A stretch of DNA of 14,487 nt. Origin: an archaeon (lineage in GTDB: Archaea > Asgardarchaeota > Thorarchaeia > Thorarchaeales > Thorarchaeaceae). The notes beneath the pieces are model-generated. The model had not been told where the DNA came from, ran no database searches, and worked only from the letters and a program-made list of their open reading frames with translations. Below are positions 7,701-14,487 of this stretch, piece by piece. The stretch is from contig JAJRWI010000023.1 in NCBI GenBank assembly GCA_024276825.1, positions 1 through 14,487 of the forward strand, read 5' to 3'. The position numbers and the translations under genes were made by a program. The first letter of the stretch is position 1, and the number at the start of each line of letters is the position of its first letter.

Positions 7701-8113
7701 GTATTCATTGGCGTCTGCTACTACCAAAAACTCCATCATATGGTTGCTGACAAGATCCACGCCCGAGCCCGCGGACCCGTACAGATTCTGACCCGTCAGC
7801 CAACTGAGGGTCGTGCCCGAGAGGGCGGTCTCAGGTTCGGTGAAATGGAACGTGATGTACTCATCGGCCATGGTGCAGCAATCCTTCTCAAGGGACGACT
7901 GCTTGATGAGTCCGACAAGAGTAACATGCTGGTCTGTGAGGAGTGCGGCCTTATCGGAGTATATGACCGCAACAAGGATCAGTACTATTGCCCCATCTGT
8001 GGCACAGGCACAAAGATTAGCAGCGTCATCGTGTCTTATGCCTTCAAGCTCCTCATCCAAGAGATGATGTCTCTTGGCCTCGCCTGCAGACTTAGACTAA
8101 AGGAGATGATCTA

Positions 8114-8114
<1 letters not shown>
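4746..8114 (+). CDS. rpoB: DNA-directed RNA polymerase subunit B (Rpo2, unsplit)
   Basis: Motifs [55 protein letters not shown] and a C-terminal Zn ribbon. Start moved to ATG 4746, which follows SD AGGTGG. Confidence 0.98.
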
Positions 8115-11975
<3,861 letters not shown>

Positions 11976-12065
11976 GAGAAATCCACTTTGCCCCCAGTCT
12001 AAAAATGAACTGCGTTGGCGCAAACATTAAAACAGAAATGTTTCAGAAACAAGCGACTCATTACC

Positions 12066-12073
12066 TTATAAAT
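12066..12073 (+). promoter_or_regulatory. internal TATA box upstream of rpl30e
   Basis: TTATAAAT in the 113-bp AT-rich rpoA2-rpl30e spacer. Confidence 0.45.
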
Positions 12074-12088
12074 GAAAAAACAAGATAA

Positions 12089-12400
12089 ATGGAGAGACCA
12101 TCTAAATTGAGCATAAATCAACCCATTGCAAGTGCCGTGGCAACTGGAAAGTGTGCCATAGGTGCAAAGTCCTCAATTGACACAATCAAGAACGGAGAGG
12201 CAAAGCTAGTTGTTGTTGCTGCTAACTGCCCACAAGACGCCTTGGAGGACATAATGAGATATGCAGAACTTGTGCAGGTCAAAGTTGTTACCTTTGAAGG
12301 AACCTCTTGGGACCTAGGCGAAGTTGTGGGAAAACCGTTCATGGTCTCTGCCATTGCTATAATCGAGCCTGGCGACTCCAAGATACTAAAGATGTTCTGA
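12089..12400 (+). CDS. rpl30e: 50S ribosomal protein L30e (eL30)
   Basis: TGK..IG.K, AKLVVVAANCP and GTSWDLGEVVGKPF.VS..AI..PGDS.I. Canonical position after rpoA''. The true start may be the in-frame TTG at 12107. Confidence 0.95.
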   Translation: MERPSKLSINQPIASAVATGKCAIGAKSSIDTIKNGEAKLVVVAANCPQDALEDIMRYAELVQVKVVTFEGTSWDLGEVVGKPFMVSAIAIIEPGDSKILKMF

Positions 12401-12410
12401 GGGTGGCCCT

Positions 12411-12845
12411 TTGACCCGCGTGAAACTCTCTATGGAGGACATGGCCCTTATTGCTACGTTCGAACGTATCACTGGTGTTTCTGCAATCGATGTGATACGC
12501 GATCAGGAAGGAAATCGTATCATCTTCGTTGTGAGACCCAAACATCTTGGAAAGGCCATTGGTAAGGGCGGAGCTGCTGTGAAACGTGCATCTGAAGAAC
12601 TCGGGTGTTCAATTGATATTGTCGAGATGGCAGACACAGTCGAGGAGTTTGTAAAGAATGCACTTGCACCCGCTCGTGTTGAAAAGGTCAGAATAATCAC
12701 TCAACGTGATGGGTCTCGCGTCCTCTCTGTTTCAGTAATTAGTGATGATCGCGGTATTGCAATTGGTCGTGAGGGTAGAAATGTTGCTAGGGCTCGCATT
12801 CTCTGCAGACGCCACTTTGATATCTCTAATGTGACTATTGCATAG
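12411..12845 (+). CDS. nusA: archaeal NusA-like KH-domain transcription factor
   Basis: Two KH motifs, GKAIGKGG and GIAIGREGRN. TTG start after GAGGGTGG. Canonical synteny. Confidence 0.95.
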   Translation: MTRVKLSMEDMALIATFERITGVSAIDVIRDQEGNRIIFVVRPKHLGKAIGKGGAAVKRASEELGCSIDIVEMADTVEEFVKNALAPARVEKVRIITQRDGSRVLSVSVISDDRGIAIGREGRNVARARILCRRHFDISNVTIA

Positions 12846-12995
12846 ATAACACATTTCGACAGACTAACTTATGTTTTTCAATAACGATGCATGTCTTTTC
12901 ATAAGGCTTAAAAGTCTTCAAAAGCCGAATGCAATGACCCCCCACAGAGCACTCCCACTCTGTCGGGACATCTACTAATTTCCGAGGTATGAACA

Positions 12996-13439
12996 TTGTC
13001 TAGAGGAAAAAGCCCACTTGGCGAGTTTGCAGCCAGACCCCTCAGAATGAAAAGGAAAAAGTTCCGTTGGAAAAAACCCTCCTACAAAAGAAGAATCCTC
13101 AAACTTAAGCGGAAGACCGATCCACTAGAGGGCGCCCCACAGGCCAGAGGCATTGTCTTAGAGCGTGTAGGTATTGAATCTAAGCAGCCCAACAGTGCTA
13201 TCCGAAAATGTGTGAGGGTGCAGTTATCAAAGAACGGCAAACAGATCACAGCGTTCATACCTGGAGACGGAGGGTTGACGTATATAGACGAGCACGATAC
13301 GGTGCTGGTGGAAGGGATAGGCGGAGCGATGGGCGGAGCGATGGGAGACCTTCCGGGAGTGAGATGGAAAGTGGTGAAGGTCAATGGAGTGTCGCTAGAG
13401 TCATTGATCTACGGAAAAAAGGAGAAACCAATCAGGTGA
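12996..13439 (+). CDS. rps12: 30S ribosomal protein S12 (uS12)
   Basis: [30 protein letters not shown] and [13 protein letters not shown] start after GAGGT. Confidence 0.97.
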   Translation: MSRGKSPLGEFAARPLRMKRKKFRWKKPSYKRRILKLKRKTDPLEGAPQARGIVLERVGIESKQPNSAIRKCVRVQLSKNGKQITAFIPGDGGLTYIDEHDTVLVEGIGGAMGGAMGDLPGVRWKVVKVNGVSLESLIYGKKEKPIR

Positions 13440-13444
13440 TAGAC

Positions 13445-14104
13445 ATGGCTGAAGAAACCCCGCCAAATGCTGAAGAAACTGGTGAAGTGCCTGAGAAACC
13501 GCATACCCCTCCTGACCTGCTATTGTTCGGGAAGTGGGACTCAACAGAAGTGGTTGTCAATGATGTTGGCCTTGCACGATATATTTCACTGAAACCAGTG
13601 TTGATTCCACACACTGCAGGAAGACATTCACACAAGAGGTTTCACAAGAGTAATGTGCCAATAGTGGAGCGCTTTGTCAACAAACTGTTGAATGCTGGAA
13701 AGCGAAAGGAGAAAAAGACCCGGACTGGACGAAATGCTGGCAAGAAGGCCAAGGCGATTGGCATACTAAAGCGAGTCTTTGAGATGATTGATTATCGGAC
13801 CGGGCTGAATCCAATCCAAGTACTTGTGACTTCAATTGAGAACGCTGCTCCTGCGGAGGAAACCACACGAATCTCTTATGGTGGAATGGCATACCCCCGC
13901 TCAGTGGATGTCGCACCACAGCGCAGAATCGACCTTGCGCTGAGATCACTGGCAGTCGGGGCAGTACGTGCTGCACACAAGAGTGCAAAGTCCTTCGAAG
14001 AGTGCATTGTGGACGAGCTCCTTCTAGCATACAAGAACGATCCCTCAAGTTATGCAATCAGTCGTAAGGAAGAACGTGAGAGAGTGGCACGTTCAGCAAG
14101 ATAG
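13445..14104 (+). CDS. rps7: 30S ribosomal protein S7 (uS7)
   Basis: LFGKW, PHTAGRH, NPIQVL..AIEN-like, VDVAPQRRIDLAL and ERERVARSAR. Start moved to ATG 13445, which follows AGGTGA. Confidence 0.97.
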   Translation: MAEETPPNAEETGEVPEKPHTPPDLLLFGKWDSTEVVVNDVGLARYISLKPVLIPHTAGRHSHKRFHKSNVPIVERFVNKLLNAGKRKEKKTRTGRNAGKKAKAIGILKRVFEMIDYRTGLNPIQVLVTSIENAAPAEETTRISYGGMAYPRSVDVAPQRRIDLALRSLAVGAVRAAHKSAKSFEECIVDELLLAYKNDPSSYAISRKEERERVARSAR

Positions 14105-14107
14105 TCC

Positions 14108-14154
14108 TAGGCGACACACTCGTGTGCCCTATTCACCTGCCTTTTTCAAAGGCA
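14108..14154 (+). terminator. two short hairpins after rps7 (possible 3'-end/terminator structure)
   Basis: TAGG..ACAC-ACTC-GTGT..CCTA (14108-14131) and TGCCTTT-TTC-AAAGGCA (14138-14154), which includes a T5 run. Confidence 0.35.
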
Positions 14155-14228
14155 TGATTTATATCCGACGGCACTTTTGCTGAATTGGTTGCTAATGAAA
14201 AATGGATGGCTTGCATGGATCGCAGTCC

Positions 14229-14487
14229 TGGCAACCCAATCCTTTTCAAACTTGTCGTGCAATGGTGAACTCGTCTGAACAAGGTCCATGTGTTTAGCCC
14301 TTCCCCTGCAGGTGTCACCACCCACCGATACATCGGTGTTCGCAGGAGCTTTTCCTGCGTTATCGCAGAACTGGCCTCCTTCCCCCTGTGAACTCTCAGG
14401 GACATCACTCCCTGACACAGTGGGGGTCTCCGCATTTCTTACCACGACGGGGTCGTCGTACTCACACAGAGTGGTCTGTATGGTCCT
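14229..14487 (-). mobile_element. 3' end of the same multicopy element (copy 2, inverted)
   Basis: Reverse complement of 2-260 at 241/259 identity. The frame is open from the window edge and runs past the repeat boundary to a stop at 14146 in flanking DNA. Confidence 0.6.

Overview
Archaeal chromosomal segment. It is probably Asgard (Thorarchaeota-like), inferred from the unsplit RpoB, split RpoA'/A'', HEAT-repeat protein and multi-intron tRNAs with encoded CCA. The core is the RNA-polymerase/ribosomal cluster rpoB-rpoA'-rpoA''-rpl30e-nusA-rps12-rps7. The usual upstream rpoH is absent, and no EF-2 gene starts directly after rps7. The left part holds tRNA-Tyr(GUA), a small hypothetical protein, an atypical SDR, a HEAT-repeat protein, a double-SIS sugar isomerase and a small membrane protein. 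The ORF track does not show three things. (i) Two divergent tRNA genes, Asp(GUC) and Lys(UUU), each carry two BHB-type introns; three of the four sit at non-canonical positions and are exactly 30 nt, and one looks like a tandem duplicate of its own 5' leader and exon. (ii) A ~130-nt multi-helix RNA lies between tRNA-Lys and the rpoB ribosome-binding site, where rpoH normally sits. (iii) Both window ends are inverted ~260-bp copies (241/259 identical) of a densely structured element end, resembling a TnpB/omega-RNA-type transposon right end.
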